The notes beneath the pieces are model-generated. The model did no database searches and was not told the origin of the DNA. It saw only the letters and a program-made list of their open reading frames with translations. A DNA stretch of 46,285 nucleotides from Dechloromonas sp. (GTDB lineage Bacteria; Pseudomonadota; Gammaproteobacteria; Burkholderiales; Rhodocyclaceae), in NCBI GenBank assembly GCA_016790885.1, contig JAEUOE010000001.1, positions 1-46,285 of the forward strand. The letters run 5' to 3'. Shown here piece after piece: positions 1-9,887 of the stretch. The position numbers and the translations under genes were made by a program. Within the stretch, counting starts at the first letter, position 1. Each line of letters begins with the position of its first letter.

Positions 1-863
1 ACGCGATCGTACTCGGCCTGGGTGATGGTCATCGGGCCGCCCTTGCCGTGGGCCCATTCGGCCTCGACCTGTTCGCGGAAAGCCTCGATGCCGAGCGCCT
101 GCACCAGAATCTTGATGCGCGCCTTGTAGGCGTTGTCGCGGCGGCCGTAGCGGTTATAGACGCGCAGGATGGCTTCGCAATAGGAGAGGATGTCCTGCCA
201 GGGCAGGAAGTCGCACACCACCTGGCCGCGGATAGGCGTGCGGCCCAGGCCGCCGCCGACGATGACGGTGAAGCCGACCTGGCCATCCACTTCTTTCAGA
301 TGCAGGCCGATGTCGTGGAACCAGGTCACGGCGCGATCCTCGCGGGTGCCGGAAATGGCGATCTTGAACTTGCGCGGCAGGAAGGCGAATTCCGGGTGGA
401 AGGTGGTCCACTGGCGCAGGATTTCGGCCAGCGGGCGCGGGTCGATGATCTCGTCGGCAGCCACCCCGGCGAACTGGTCGGTGGTGATGTTGCGCAGGCA
501 GTTGCCGGAGGTCTGGATGGCATGCATCCCGACTTCGGCGAGCTCGGCCAGGATCTCCGGCACATCCTCGATCTTCGGCCAGTTCAACTGCAGGTTGTGG
601 CGCGTCGTGAAATGGCCGTAGCCGCGGTCGTAGCGGCGGGCGACGTGAGCCAGCTTGCGCAGCTGCGCGGCGTTCAGCATGCCGTAGGGCACGGCGATGC
701 GGAACATCGGCGCATGACGCTGGATGTAGAGGCCGTTCTGCAGGCGCAGGGGGCGGAATTCGTCGTCGCTCAGCTCGCCGGATTTCCAGCGGCGAACCTG
801 GTCGCGGAACTGGGCGACGCGTTCGTCGATCAGCTGGCGGTCGATGGCATCGTATGTATACAT
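1..863 (-). CDS. cysI: Nitrite/sulfite reductase hemoprotein (CysI-like), 3' part outside window
   Basis: Not in ORF track because it is truncated. Manual translation from ATG at 863: MYTYDAIDRQLIDERVAQFRDQV...RLQNGLYIQRHAPMFRIAVPYG...HFTTRHNLQ...TSGNCLRN...LPRKFKIA; lies next to TauE and cysB genes. Confidence 0.85.
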   Translation of the reverse strand, partial: MYTYDAIDRQLIDERVAQFRDQVRRWKSGELSDDEFRPLRLQNGLYIQRHAPMFRIAVPYGMLNAAQLRKLAHVARRYDRGYGHFTTRHNLQLNWPKIEDVPEILAELAEVGMHAIQTSGNCLRNITTDQFAGVAADEIIDPRPLAEILRQWTTFHPEFAFLPRKFKIAISGTREDRAVTWFHDIGLHLKEVDGQVGFTVIVGGGLGRTPIRGQVVCDFLPWQDILSYCEAILRVYNRYGRRDNAYKARIKILVQALGIEAFREQVEAEWAHGKGGPMTITQAEYDR

Positions 864-883
864 AGGGTTCTCTTGGGGGTAAG

Positions 884-1660
884 TCAGGCGAAGACCAGCT
901 TGCTGCCGATCAGAACGAGCATGGAGGCCAGGATGCGGCGCAGGATGTGCTCCGGCACCTTGGCGGAAAGATGGCTGCCGATCCAGATGCCGGGCAGCGA
1001 GCCGATCAGCAGGCTGCCGAGCAGTGCCCAGTCGACGCTGCCGAGCAGCCAGTGACCGAGGCCGGCGACCAGGGTCAGCGGCACGGCGTGCGCGACATCG
1101 GAGCCGACGATTTTCACCGGCGACAGTTTGGGGTAAAGGAAGAACAGGGCCGCCACACCGAGGGCGCCGGCGCCGACCGAGGAGATGGTGACCAGCACGC
1201 CGAGCAGGGCGCCGACCGCAACCGTGATCTTGCCCAGGCAGCACTGGCGGAGCGGCGAGTCTTCGTGCCGGCTGGCGTATTCGCGCAGCTTGCGGCCGAA
1301 GAGGATGGCGATGGCGGTCAGCATCAGCGCAAAGCCCAGGCCGTGCGAGACGAGGGCGCCGATGGTATTGCTCCCCTTGGGCAGCAAGGAGAGCACGAAA
1401 ATGGTGATGGCTGCCGCCGGAATGCTGCCGGCGGCCAGGCGACCGGTCACCGCCCAGTCGATATGCCCCTTGCGGCCGTGCGCCACGGTGCCGCCGGCCT
1501 TGGTCATCGCCGCGTAGAGCAGGTCGGTGCCGACGGCAGTGGCCGGGGGGACGCCGAACAGCAGCACCAGCAGCGGCGTCATCAGCGAGCCGCCGCCAAC
1601 GCCGGTCAAGCCCACGATGGCGCCGACGCCGAAGCCGGAAAGGGTGTAGAGGTAATCCAT
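884..1660 (-). CDS. Sulfite exporter TauE/SafE (TSUP) family membrane protein
   Basis: GLTGVGGGSLMTP and AVGTDL motifs, many hydrophobic helices; start placed at MDYLYTL (ATG 1660). Confidence 0.9.
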   Translation of the reverse strand: MDYLYTLSGFGVGAIVGLTGVGGGSLMTPLLVLLFGVPPATAVGTDLLYAAMTKAGGTVAHGRKGHIDWAVTGRLAAGSIPAAAITIFVLSLLPKGSNTIGALVSHGLGFALMLTAIAILFGRKLREYASRHEDSPLRQCCLGKITVAVGALLGVLVTISSVGAGALGVAALFFLYPKLSPVKIVGSDVAHAVPLTLVAGLGHWLLGSVDWALLGSLLIGSLPGIWIGSHLSAKVPEHILRRILASMLVLIGSKLVFA

Positions 1661-1794
1661 AGGGCCGCATCGTAGCAGCGCCAATTTGAATCAAAAAGAA
1701 TATTGAGTTAGATTGGTATATCTTTTGGTTATTAGTCGCTGCTTGCCAGCGACTGCTTCCGGCTAACAACCTGCAACTCACAACGGCCTTCCCC
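1661..1794. promoter_or_regulatory. Divergent AT-rich promoter region between the TauE/cysI unit and cysB; probable CysB-binding region
   Basis: AT-rich stretch 1684-1735 between divergent genes, typical of LysR divergons; exact site not resolved. Confidence 0.5.
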
Positions 1795-2736
1795 ATGAAA
1801 CTCCAGCAACTGCGTTATATCGTCGAAATCCAGCGCCAGGGCTTGAATGTGTCGGAGGCGGCGGAAACGCTGTACACCTCGCAGCCGGGCATTTCCAAGC
1901 AGGTCAAGCTGCTCGAGGATGAGCTCGGCATCGCCATTTTCGAGCGCAGCGGCAAGCGCTTCACTGGCGTGACGGCACCGGGCAAGGTGGTGTTGAGCAT
2001 TGCCGAGCGCATCCTGCGCGAGGCGGAAAACCTCAAGCGGGCGAGCGCCGAGTTCGCCATGGGCGATACCGGCCGCCTGGTGCTGGCCGCGACGCATACC
2101 CAGGCGCGCTATGCCTTGCCGGTGGTGGTGCGCGATTTCGTCGCCCAGCATCCGGCGGTCAAGCTGGAGATGCACCAGGGCAGCCCGACCCAGATCGCCG
2201 AATGGGTGGTGGCCGGCGAGGCCGACATCGGCATCGCCACCGAGGCGCTCGACCAGTACCCGGAACTGATCACCCTGCCGGTGCGTCAATGGACGCACAG
2301 CGTCATCGCGCCGGACGGTCACCCCATCCTCAAGTCGCAGCCCTTGTCGCTCAATGAACTGGCGCGCTGGCCGCTGATTACCTACGACACCGCCTTTACC
2401 GGTCGCTCGCGCATCAACCGGGCTTTCGAGCGGATTGGCACGCAGCCCAACATCGCGCTCACCGCGCTCGATGCCGACGTGATCAAGACCTACGTCAGCC
2501 TCGGCCTCGGCCTGGGCATCATTTCGGCGCTGGCCGTCGACCCGCAGCGCGATAGCGGCCTGGTGGCGCTCGATGCCGGCCATTTATTCGAGTCGAACAC
2601 GACCCGCCTTGCCGTGCGCCGGGGCACCTATCTGCGGCGCTACGACTACGACCTGATCACGCTGTTCGCACCGCATTTGTCGAAACGGGTGGTCGACATG
2701 GCCATGCAGGGCGGCGGGGAGGAATACCAGCTATGA
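1795..2736 (+). CDS. cysB: CysB/Cbl family LysR transcriptional regulator
   Basis: MKLQQLRY...LYTSQPGISKQVKLLEDELG HTH, ATHTQARYALP, TGRSRI, DADVIKTYV motifs. Confidence 0.92.
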   Translation: MKLQQLRYIVEIQRQGLNVSEAAETLYTSQPGISKQVKLLEDELGIAIFERSGKRFTGVTAPGKVVLSIAERILREAENLKRASAEFAMGDTGRLVLAATHTQARYALPVVVRDFVAQHPAVKLEMHQGSPTQIAEWVVAGEADIGIATEALDQYPELITLPVRQWTHSVIAPDGHPILKSQPLSLNELARWPLITYDTAFTGRSRINRAFERIGTQPNIALTALDADVIKTYVSLGLGLGIISALAVDPQRDSGLVALDAGHLFESNTTRLAVRRGTYLRRYDYDLITLFAPHLSKRVVDMAMQGGGEEYQL

Positions 2737-2838
2737 CCTTTGTGCTATTCACTTATGCACGCGGTGTAGGTATTATTGTTTTTGATATTTTTAACAAGCA
2801 TTAGCAAGGATAAGCCCTGAGCGGCAAGAGAAAGCGAC

Positions 2839-3684
2839 ATGAACGCAATCACGGAAGAAAAGCTGCTGCAAGGCATGTTGAACGGGGTGGATATTCCCCC
2901 TTGTCCCGCCGTCCTGGTTGCGCTCGATGCCGAACTCAGGAAGGACATGCCCGATCTACGGGAAGTCTCCCGCCTGATCGGCCAGGATGTCGCCCTTTCC
3001 GGCCACGTCATGCTGATCGCCAACTCCCCGGCTTTTTCGACGGGAAACAAGGCGGTTTCCGTCATGCAGGCGGTCAATGTGCTCGGTACGCAAAGCGTGT
3101 TCAGCCTGATCGTCGGCCACTTGCTGCGCGTGGCGCTGGCTGGTGGGCAGGATGTGTCGATGGAGCGTTTCTGGGCGAGCTCGGCACAGACCGCCCAGGT
3201 GTCGGCCGAACTGGCGAAACGCCTGCGTTGCGTGCGGCCTGACATCGCCTATACCTTCGGGCTGTTCCACGACTGCGGCATTCCGCTGCTGGTCAAGCGC
3301 TTTCCGCAAACCAAGGCGGTGCTGGCCAAGGCCAACATGGCCGAGGATCGCTTGTTCACCGATGTCGAGGATGCCGAGCTGGGCACCAATCATGCGGTGG
3401 TCGGCTATTTCCTGGCCCGGCGCTGGCACCTGGCCGATTTCATCGCCGAAGCGGTGCTGCATCATCATGACTACAGTGTGCTGGCCAGGGCGGACGGCAT
3501 TTCGGAGACGGCACGCACCCTGATCGCGCTGGTGGTGCTGGCCGAACACATCACCCGCATTCACAATACGGGCGATGGCGAGCACGAGTGGGGCAAGGCT
3601 GCCGAAGCGGCATGCACTTACTTCAATCTGTCGCTCGGCGCCGTCGACGATCTGATCGACGACATGCGCGACTGGCTGGACTGA
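2839..3684 (+). CDS. HDOD domain protein
   Basis: IPPCP...IGQDVALSGHVMLIANSP, FW..S, GLFHDCG, HAVVG..LARRW.L...AVLHHH. Confidence 0.9.
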   Translation: MNAITEEKLLQGMLNGVDIPPCPAVLVALDAELRKDMPDLREVSRLIGQDVALSGHVMLIANSPAFSTGNKAVSVMQAVNVLGTQSVFSLIVGHLLRVALAGGQDVSMERFWASSAQTAQVSAELAKRLRCVRPDIAYTFGLFHDCGIPLLVKRFPQTKAVLAKANMAEDRLFTDVEDAELGTNHAVVGYFLARRWHLADFIAEAVLHHHDYSVLARADGISETARTLIALVVLAEHITRIHNTGDGEHEWGKAAEAACTYFNLSLGAVDDLIDDMRDWLD

Positions 3685-3698
3685 ACCGGCCGCCAGCC

Positions 3699-4907
3699 CT
3701 ATTTGCGCAGGCGCGGTGCCGTGTCGCGCAGGATCAGGGAGGGCGAGGAGAACGGTGCCAGCCGTTCGAGAAAATCCAGCAATTCGAGCACCGGCGTGCT
3801 GCGGAAAAACGTGGCGCTCGGTGTATCCATCCAGATGCGGTCGGCCCAGGCGTACAGCTCGTGCGGCTTGTCGCCCAGGCCATCGCCGTCGAGATCGAAC
3901 CCCTCGTAGTTGTCCCAGCTGTTGCCCCACCAGAAGTCGTTCATCGGGTCGCCGTCGCCGATGATGGTCACCGGCCACAGGTTGCTCTTGAAGGTGTTGT
4001 TGATGGCGATATGGCCGCCCTTGGCGCCATAGAAATAGATGCCGGTGACGTTGTGGGCAATGACGTTGTTGATAAACACGATGCGGTTGATCGGGTCCAT
4101 GGGCGAGTCGGCCATGATGCCGTGGGCGCAATGCACGATTTCATTGCCGTAGATCAGCGCCGCCGAGGTTTCCTTGAGCGCGATGCCGGCGCCTGAGGCA
4201 TCCATGGCGTGCAGGATGCGGTTGTTGCGGATGATCATCCCTTCCGAGTTCAGGGTAATGACGCCGGTCGAGTTTCCATCGAGCAGGTTGCCCTCGACGA
4301 TGCTGCGATGCGAGAACAGGAAATTGAAGGCGCGCCGGCTGCCGCGGATGGTATTGCCGGTGTAGCGGTTGCGTGGCGAATTGCTGACCGTGAGGTCGCG
4401 CATCTGGGCAATGTCGTTGTTCTCGATGCGATTGCCGGTGCTGTACCACAGGCGCATGCCATCGCCACGGTCGGCTGAATCGACCGGGCGGGAACGGATG
4501 CGGTTGCCGCGCACGATACTATCGGTCGTCTTGTGCAGCGAGATACCGAACAGCACGTCTTCCAGAATATTGTTCTCGATCAGCAGTTCCTTGCCTTCGG
4601 CCATGATGGCGCCGTCGATGGCATCGTGGGAATCCCCGCTGCCGCGCAGGGTCAGGCCCCGCAGCGTGACGCGATCGGCCTTGATGGTGAGCACCGTGCC
4701 GCGACCGCCGGCATCGATAATCACCTTGCCGTTGCCCTCCACCGTGAGCGGCTTGTTGATGATGGCCGGGCCGCGGTACTTGCCTGGCGGCAGGCGCAAG
4801 GTGGTACCGGGCAGCGCCGTGTCGAGCCAGGCCTGCAGCGGCTGGTCGGCAAGGGCGGGGAGGATCAGGCCAAGGATCGGCAGGATGAAGAAAAGGCGAA
4901 TGAGCAT
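3699..4907 (-). CDS. NosD-family periplasmic beta-helix protein
   Basis: Signal peptide, parallel beta-helix repeats, RGDGMRLWYS, GNSWDNYEGFDLDGDGLGDKPH, ELLDFLERLAPF and D.AP C-terminus; start at MLIRLFF (4907). Confidence 0.85.
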   Translation of the reverse strand: MLIRLFFILPILGLILPALADQPLQAWLDTALPGTTLRLPPGKYRGPAIINKPLTVEGNGKVIIDAGGRGTVLTIKADRVTLRGLTLRGSGDSHDAIDGAIMAEGKELLIENNILEDVLFGISLHKTTDSIVRGNRIRSRPVDSADRGDGMRLWYSTGNRIENNDIAQMRDLTVSNSPRNRYTGNTIRGSRRAFNFLFSHRSIVEGNLLDGNSTGVITLNSEGMIIRNNRILHAMDASGAGIALKETSAALIYGNEIVHCAHGIMADSPMDPINRIVFINNVIAHNVTGIYFYGAKGGHIAINNTFKSNLWPVTIIGDGDPMNDFWWGNSWDNYEGFDLDGDGLGDKPHELYAWADRIWMDTPSATFFRSTPVLELLDFLERLAPFSSPSLILRDTAPRLRK

Positions 4908-4976
4908 CGGGGCGGAATTGTGCTGCTTGCCCCGGAGGCTTGCCGCAACCTGAATCAATTTTGTTGAAATGATGGT

Positions 4977-6293
4977 CTATTCCCAGTACTCGGTCACTTC
5001 GCTGGCCCATGCGGTGGCGGCGAGCAAGGCGCGGTTGAGCCTGTCCGGATCGACGCCGGCCGCTCGGGCCAGCCCCGCCATGCCTGCCTGGTCGACGTTT
5101 TCGCTGGCTTCGGCTACGGCCAGCAGTGCGGCGTAAGGCCCCTGACGCTCGAGCAGTGCCAGGCGGATCTCGTCGGCGATGGGCATGGTGCCCAGCACCT
5201 CGGCCAGCGGCCGGCGCAGCAGGCGGTCGAGGCAGGAGAAGATGCCGGTCAGGAACAGCGGGTCGTGCGGCTGACCGGGCAGCAGCTGCGCCCCGAGCAC
5301 TTCCATCAGCCGGCCGCGGGTCAATGCGTTCTCGACCAGCAGCCAGTCGTTGAGCTGCGGCTCGCGGACCGAGAAGAGCAGCACGGCCAGCCAGCGGGTC
5401 AGGCGCTGCCGGCCGAGAATGATCAGTGCCTGGTCGAGCGATTCGATCCGGTGGGTCAGGGCCAGGGCGGGCGAGTTGAGGTAGCGCAGGATGCGGAAGC
5501 TGAGCACCGGGTCCAGCCTCATCGCAGCAGCGATCTCGGCCGTCTCGGCATCGCCCTGAACGAGGTGGAGCAGGTTGAGCAACTGCGTCTTGTGCGGGTC
5601 GCCGCACGGCGCGTTGGCGGCAACGCCGGCGCGCTCGCCGAACTTGCCGTGGCAGAGGTCGAAATGCCACTGCAGGCAGAATTGATGATCGTCGACCGTA
5701 TCCACATTGCAGGCGAACAGGTGGATCGGGTTGGCGCTGACCCCGGCCCGTACCGCGGCCGAGAAATTGCGGATGGCGTCGGCCTCGCTGTTGGCGACGT
5801 CGATGGCCGCGAAATCGACTTTCTGCATGACCCTGGCGTAGGCCGGGTGGGTCGGCTGGCGGAACAGGCCGAAGCGCAGCCCGCGCTGGCGCAGTTGGTC
5901 GATGGACTCGCAGACCTGGTCGGCTTCGGTATCGGCGGCCAGTTGCAGCAGCAGCGTGACGTTGTCGCCCTTCAGGCGGGCCAGGGCGGGCGAGTCGAGA
6001 CTGGCTGAACTGAGCGGCAGGACGGCCGGGCTCCGGTTCCAGGCCTCCGGGCTGGCGTTCAGGGTGTCGAGCAGGATCCGGTCGAGGTCGCGTTGTGTCT
6101 GCGGTTTGCCATCGGCCAGGACCGATGACGGGGGCACGCTGAACAGATGGCCGGCAATCCGGTTGTCGCGGCCAAAAACCGCCTCGCGGCGGAGGAAGGG
6201 GGAGGGGGCGGTTTCGTCAGGAAGGCTGGCGACCAGGGGGGGCGCAGCACCATCGGCCGCGTTGCCGAACAGTTTTTTCAGGCTGCTGAACAT
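4977..6293 (-). CDS. Degenerate EAL + HDOD domain protein (YuxH-like)
   Basis: FLRREAVFGRD..IAGHLF EAL-like N-terminus lacking catalytic motifs; DPVLSFRILRYLNS, FLTGIFSCLD HDOD C-terminus. Confidence 0.8.
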   Translation of the reverse strand: MFSSLKKLFGNAADGAAPPLVASLPDETAPSPFLRREAVFGRDNRIAGHLFSVPPSSVLADGKPQTQRDLDRILLDTLNASPEAWNRSPAVLPLSSASLDSPALARLKGDNVTLLLQLAADTEADQVCESIDQLRQRGLRFGLFRQPTHPAYARVMQKVDFAAIDVANSEADAIRNFSAAVRAGVSANPIHLFACNVDTVDDHQFCLQWHFDLCHGKFGERAGVAANAPCGDPHKTQLLNLLHLVQGDAETAEIAAAMRLDPVLSFRILRYLNSPALALTHRIESLDQALIILGRQRLTRWLAVLLFSVREPQLNDWLLVENALTRGRLMEVLGAQLLPGQPHDPLFLTGIFSCLDRLLRRPLAEVLGTMPIADEIRLALLERQGPYAALLAVAEASENVDQAGMAGLARAAGVDPDRLNRALLAATAWASEVTEYWE

Positions 6294-6304
6294 GACTCCC
6301 CTCG

Positions 6305-6335
6305 AAAATGAAAATGCCCACCGGGGGTGGGCATT
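6305..6335 (-). terminator. Rho-independent terminator after the PPIase gene
   Basis: Stem AATGCCCACC/GGTGGGCATT followed by a T-rich tract on the minus strand. Confidence 0.7.
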
Positions 6336-6380
6336 CTCCGGCCACCCGCAGGTGGCGATTTTCGCACGCAGGGCGGTGCT

Positions 6381-7172
6381 TTAGTCCACCTTGGCCTTGC
6401 TGCGCAGTTCCTTGACCAGGGTTTCGATCTGCTGCTGGCTGGCACGCTGCTGCATTTGCGGCTTGACCTGATCGAACGGCGGCGGGTTGGCCGGGCGGGA
6501 ATCGTCGAGCTGGATGACGTGGTAGCCGAAGTCGGACTGCACCGGGGTCTTGGTGTATTCACCCTTCTTCAGCTTGGTCAGGGCTTCGCCGAACGGCTTG
6601 ACGTAAGCGGCCGGAGAGCTCCAGCCCAGTTCGCCGCCCTTGTCCTTGGAACCCGGATCCTTCGATTGCTTGGCCAGTTCGGAGAACTTCTCGCCCTTGT
6701 CCAGCTTGGCGATGATGGCCTTGGCCTCTTCTTCCTTCTCGACCAGCACATGGCGGGACTTGTATTCGGTGCTGCCCAGGTTGTTCTTGATCACGTCGTA
6801 CTCGGCCTTGAGCTGGGCTTCGCTGATCGGGTTGGCCTTGACGTAGTCGGACAGGTAGGCGCGGATCAGGACGGCCTGCTTGGCCAGTTCGATCTGGCCC
6901 TGGATGTTCGGGTTCTTGTCCATGCCCTTTTTCTTGGCTTCCTGGGCGAGGATTTCGCGGCGGACCAGTTCTTCCTTGACCGCATTTTGCAGTTCAGGCG
7001 AATCCGGAGCGCCCTGGGCCTTCTGCTCGGCCACGAAGGCGTTGTAGACGGTTTGCGAGATCGGCTGGCCATTCACGGTGGCGAAAGCCTTGCCTTTTTC
7101 GGCGGCGAGTGCCGGGGCGGAAATGATGGCGCCAGCAACGAGAAGGCCGGCCAGGCGGGAGAGCTTGAGCAT
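6381..7172 (-). CDS. Periplasmic PpiC/parvulin-type peptidylprolyl isomerase
   Basis: Signal peptide, ATVNG, EYKSRHVLV, FSELAK.SKD, GGELGW, PVQSDFGYHVI. Confidence 0.92.
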   Translation of the reverse strand: MLKLSRLAGLLVAGAIISAPALAAEKGKAFATVNGQPISQTVYNAFVAEQKAQGAPDSPELQNAVKEELVRREILAQEAKKKGMDKNPNIQGQIELAKQAVLIRAYLSDYVKANPISEAQLKAEYDVIKNNLGSTEYKSRHVLVEKEEEAKAIIAKLDKGEKFSELAKQSKDPGSKDKGGELGWSSPAAYVKPFGEALTKLKKGEYTKTPVQSDFGYHVIQLDDSRPANPPPFDQVKPQMQQRASQQQIETLVKELRSKAKVD

Positions 7173-7207
7173 GTATCTATCCTTGGGTGGAGGGAACAAC
7201 TTGAAAA

Positions 7208-7480
7208 TTATACTTCGCCGACAGCTTTGGCGTTGATGCTGAGCGCATGCACCGGGCCGCGCATCAGTTCACCGGCCGCATCATAAATCATGCGGTGGCG
7301 GGCGACGGTGTTTTTGCCGGCAAAGGCTGCGGCGACGATATCGATGTGATAGTGGCCGCCGCCGCTACGCGCACCGACATGTCCGGCATGCAGGTGGGAG
7401 TCGTCGCGGATAGCCAGCGCCGCAGGTTGCAGGGCGGCAGTCAGGCGCTGCTGCAACAGGTTGACGGTTTCGCCGCTCAC
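7208..7480 (-). CDS. bolA: BolA family protein
   Basis: [26 protein letters not shown] motifs. Confidence 0.9.
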   Translation of the reverse strand: MSGETVNLLQQRLTAALQPAALAIRDDSHLHAGHVGARSGGGHYHIDIVAAAFAGKNTVARHRMIYDAAGELMRGPVHALSINAKAVGEV

Positions 7481-7782
7481 GCCGGCAGGGCTTTCTTGAA
7501 AGGCTTGACGGTGACCTTTTCGTAGACGCCGGCGGCAATGTACGGATCGGCATCGGCCCAGGCCCTGGCAGCTTCCAGCGACACGAATTCGGCAATGATC
7601 AGGCTGCCCGAGAAGCCGGCCGGACCCGGATCGGGCGAGTCGATGGCCGGGCAGGGGCCGGCGATGACCAGCCGACCGTCGGCTTGCAAGGCCTGCAGGC
7701 GGGCCAGGTGGGCGGGGCGGGCGGCCAGGCGCTGGTCGAGCGTGCCGGCGCGGTCTTCGGCGATAAAGGCGTAAAGCATCAT
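7477..7782 (-). CDS. yciI: YciI family protein
   Basis: Last ~100 aa of ORF 7477..9675: [26 protein letters not shown]; ATGATG start overlaps the yciB stop. Confidence 0.9.
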   Translation of the reverse strand: MMLYAFIAEDRAGTLDQRLAARPAHLARLQALQADGRLVIAGPCPAIDSPDPGPAGFSGSLIIAEFVSLEAARAWADADPYIAAGVYEKVTVKPFKKALPA

Positions 7783-8384
7783 TTTTCCTCGATGTACTTC
7801 GACAGCAGCATGCCCTGGCCGAGCACGAATACCAGCATCAGGCCCATGCCGCCGAACAGTTTGAAATTGACCCAGGTATCGGTCGGGAAATTGAAGGCGA
7901 TGACCAGGTTGAGCACGCCCATGACAGCGAAGAAGGCGATCCACGCCAGGTTGAGCTTGCCCCAGACCGGCTCGGGCAGCGTCAATTGCTCGCCGAGCAT
8001 GGCCTTGATCGGGTTCTTCTTGAGCAGCAGTGCACTGAAGGCCATGCTGCCGGCGAATACCCAGTACAGGATGGTCGGCTTCCACTTGATGAAGGATTCG
8101 TTCTGGAAGGCCAGGGTCAGGCCGCCGAAGACGACAACCAGGCCGAGGCTGATCCACAGCATCTTGTCGACCTTGCCGTGGCGGAAATGCACCCAGGCGA
8201 TCTGGGCGACGGTGGCGGCAATGACGACGACGGTGGCGAGCAGGATGGGGGCCTGCTTGGCGTCGACCAAAGCCGAGCCGAGCAGCGAGGCCATCCAGCT
8301 GGCGGCGGTTTCCGGGTTCTTTTCCGAGTACTTGAAGGCGGCGAAAAAGAGGATGACGGGGAAGAGGTCGAAGAGCAGTTTCAT
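7779..8384 (-). CDS. yciB: Inner membrane septation protein A (YciB/IspZ)
   Basis: [29 protein letters not shown] motifs; conserved yciB-yciI-bolA order. Confidence 0.93.
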   Translation of the reverse strand: MKLLFDLFPVILFFAAFKYSEKNPETAASWMASLLGSALVDAKQAPILLATVVVIAATVAQIAWVHFRHGKVDKMLWISLGLVVVFGGLTLAFQNESFIKWKPTILYWVFAGSMAFSALLLKKNPIKAMLGEQLTLPEPVWGKLNLAWIAFFAVMGVLNLVIAFNFPTDTWVNFKLFGGMGLMLVFVLGQGMLLSKYIEEK

Positions 8385-8436
8385 GGCGGGGCATTATATA
8401 CTCAGGTCCAATCCCGTCCTGCAAGCCGCGAACACC

Positions 8437-9489
8437 ATGCACACCGTCCTGATTGTCGATGACAGCGACATCAACCTGACCTTGATCAAGGCCCTGGTTC
8501 TCAAGCTGGGGGAGTGCAGCCCGGTGCTCTTCGACCGGCCGGTGGCTGCGCTTGAGTGGTGCCGCGACAACGTGCCGGACCTGGTCATCGTCGATTACAT
8601 GATGCCGGAAATGGACGGCCTGAAATTCATCGCCGCCTTTCGCGCCCTGCACGGCCGCAATGAAATCCCGATGCTGATGATCACCGCCAACGACCAGCGG
8701 GACATCCGCTACGAAGCCCTGCTCGGCGGCGCCAACGATTTCCTGACCAAGCCGATCGACCGCATCGAGTTCAGCGCCCGGGCGCGCAACATGCTGTCCT
8801 TGCGTACCGGCCAGAAATTCCTTGCCGACCGGGCCGAACATCTCGCCGCGCTGGTCGATGAGCGCACCAGCGAGATCCGCGAGCGAGAGAAAGAACTCAT
8901 CTTCCGCATGTCGCGGGCGGCGGAATTCCGCGATCCGGAAACCGGCGCCCACATCCAGCGCATGGCGCATTATTCCCAGATCATCGCCCGTGGACTCGAT
9001 CTCGGGCCGGCCATGGAAAAGCTGGTGCTCGAAGCGGCGCCCATGCACGATGTGGGCAAGATCGGCATTCCCGATTACATCCTGCTCAAGCCGGGCAAGC
9101 TGACACCGGAAGAGTTCGAGGTGATGAAAGGGCATGCCCGGCTCGGCTACGAACTGCTCAAGGACAGCGGTTCGGAAATCCTGCGCGCCGGTGCCGAAGT
9201 GGCGATGTCGCATCACGAGAAATACGATGGCTCGGGCTATCCCTTCGGGCTGAAAGGCACGCAGATTCCGCAACTGGGACGCATCGTCGCGGTGGCTGAC
9301 GTGTTCGATGCCCTGACCTCGGAGCGCCCCTACAAGCGGGCCTGGTCGCTGGACGATGCCTGCCGCTTTCTGGAAGAAGGGCGTAGTAAGCATTTCGACC
9401 CCTTGTGCGTCGAAGCCTTTCTGGCCGGCTGGGAAGACATCCTGGAAATTCGTCAGCGCTTTCGCGACGAGGAAGTTCCGCAAATCTGA
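8437..9489 (+). CDS. Response regulator with HD-GYP c-di-GMP phosphodiesterase domain (RpfG-like)
   Basis: REC (LIVDD, DYMMP, KP) then [41 protein letters not shown]; start MHTVLIVDD. Confidence 0.92.
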   Translation: MHTVLIVDDSDINLTLIKALVLKLGECSPVLFDRPVAALEWCRDNVPDLVIVDYMMPEMDGLKFIAAFRALHGRNEIPMLMITANDQRDIRYEALLGGANDFLTKPIDRIEFSARARNMLSLRTGQKFLADRAEHLAALVDERTSEIREREKELIFRMSRAAEFRDPETGAHIQRMAHYSQIIARGLDLGPAMEKLVLEAAPMHDVGKIGIPDYILLKPGKLTPEEFEVMKGHARLGYELLKDSGSEILRAGAEVAMSHHEKYDGSGYPFGLKGTQIPQLGRIVAVADVFDALTSERPYKRAWSLDDACRFLEEGRSKHFDPLCVEAFLAGWEDILEIRQRFRDEEVPQI

Positions 9490-9542
9490 ATACGTGTCAG
9501 TGCGCCGCACCGCCCCGCGATGCCGGCGCCAGGGAGATGAGA

Positions 9543-9887
9543 ATGGCTGCAGCTTTTGTACTGGACCGCGCTTCCATCCTCGAACGCCTGGGGGGCGACG
9601 AGGAAATCTACGCCATGATGGTCGACATGTTTGTCGCCGATGTGGAGAACAACTGCACCGCACTCGCCACGGCACTCGCGGCCGGTGACGTGGAGTCGCT
9701 GAAGCGCGCGGCGCATACCGTCAAGGGCCTGCTGGCGACCTTCTCGGATGATGACGGTGCCGTTGAAGCGAATTTCGTCGAGAAAAACGCCCGGGAAGAC
9801 GAACTTGCCAACCTGGGCCCCGCCGTTGCGGATATTCAGTCCCGCCTGCGTGAAGTGTCTGCCGTTCTAAGCGCCGGGCAGGCGTAA
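9543..9887 (+). CDS. Stand-alone Hpt phosphotransfer protein
   Basis: LERLGGD...F...AAHTVKG Hpt motif. Confidence 0.88.
   Translation: MAAAFVLDRASILERLGGDEEIYAMMVDMFVADVENNCTALATALAAGDVESLKRAAHTVKGLLATFSDDDGAVEANFVEKNAREDELANLGPAVADIQSRLREVSAVLSAGQA

Noticed and set aside
48-1055. 335-aa plus-strand ORF at the window start
   Set aside because: Antisense shadow of the truncated sulfite reductase gene.
7477-9675. 732-aa minus ORF and 601-aa plus ORF suggesting large fusions
   Set aside because: Only the YciI part (7477-7782) and the REC-HD-GYP part (8437-9489) are protein-like; the rest overlaps real genes in other frames.
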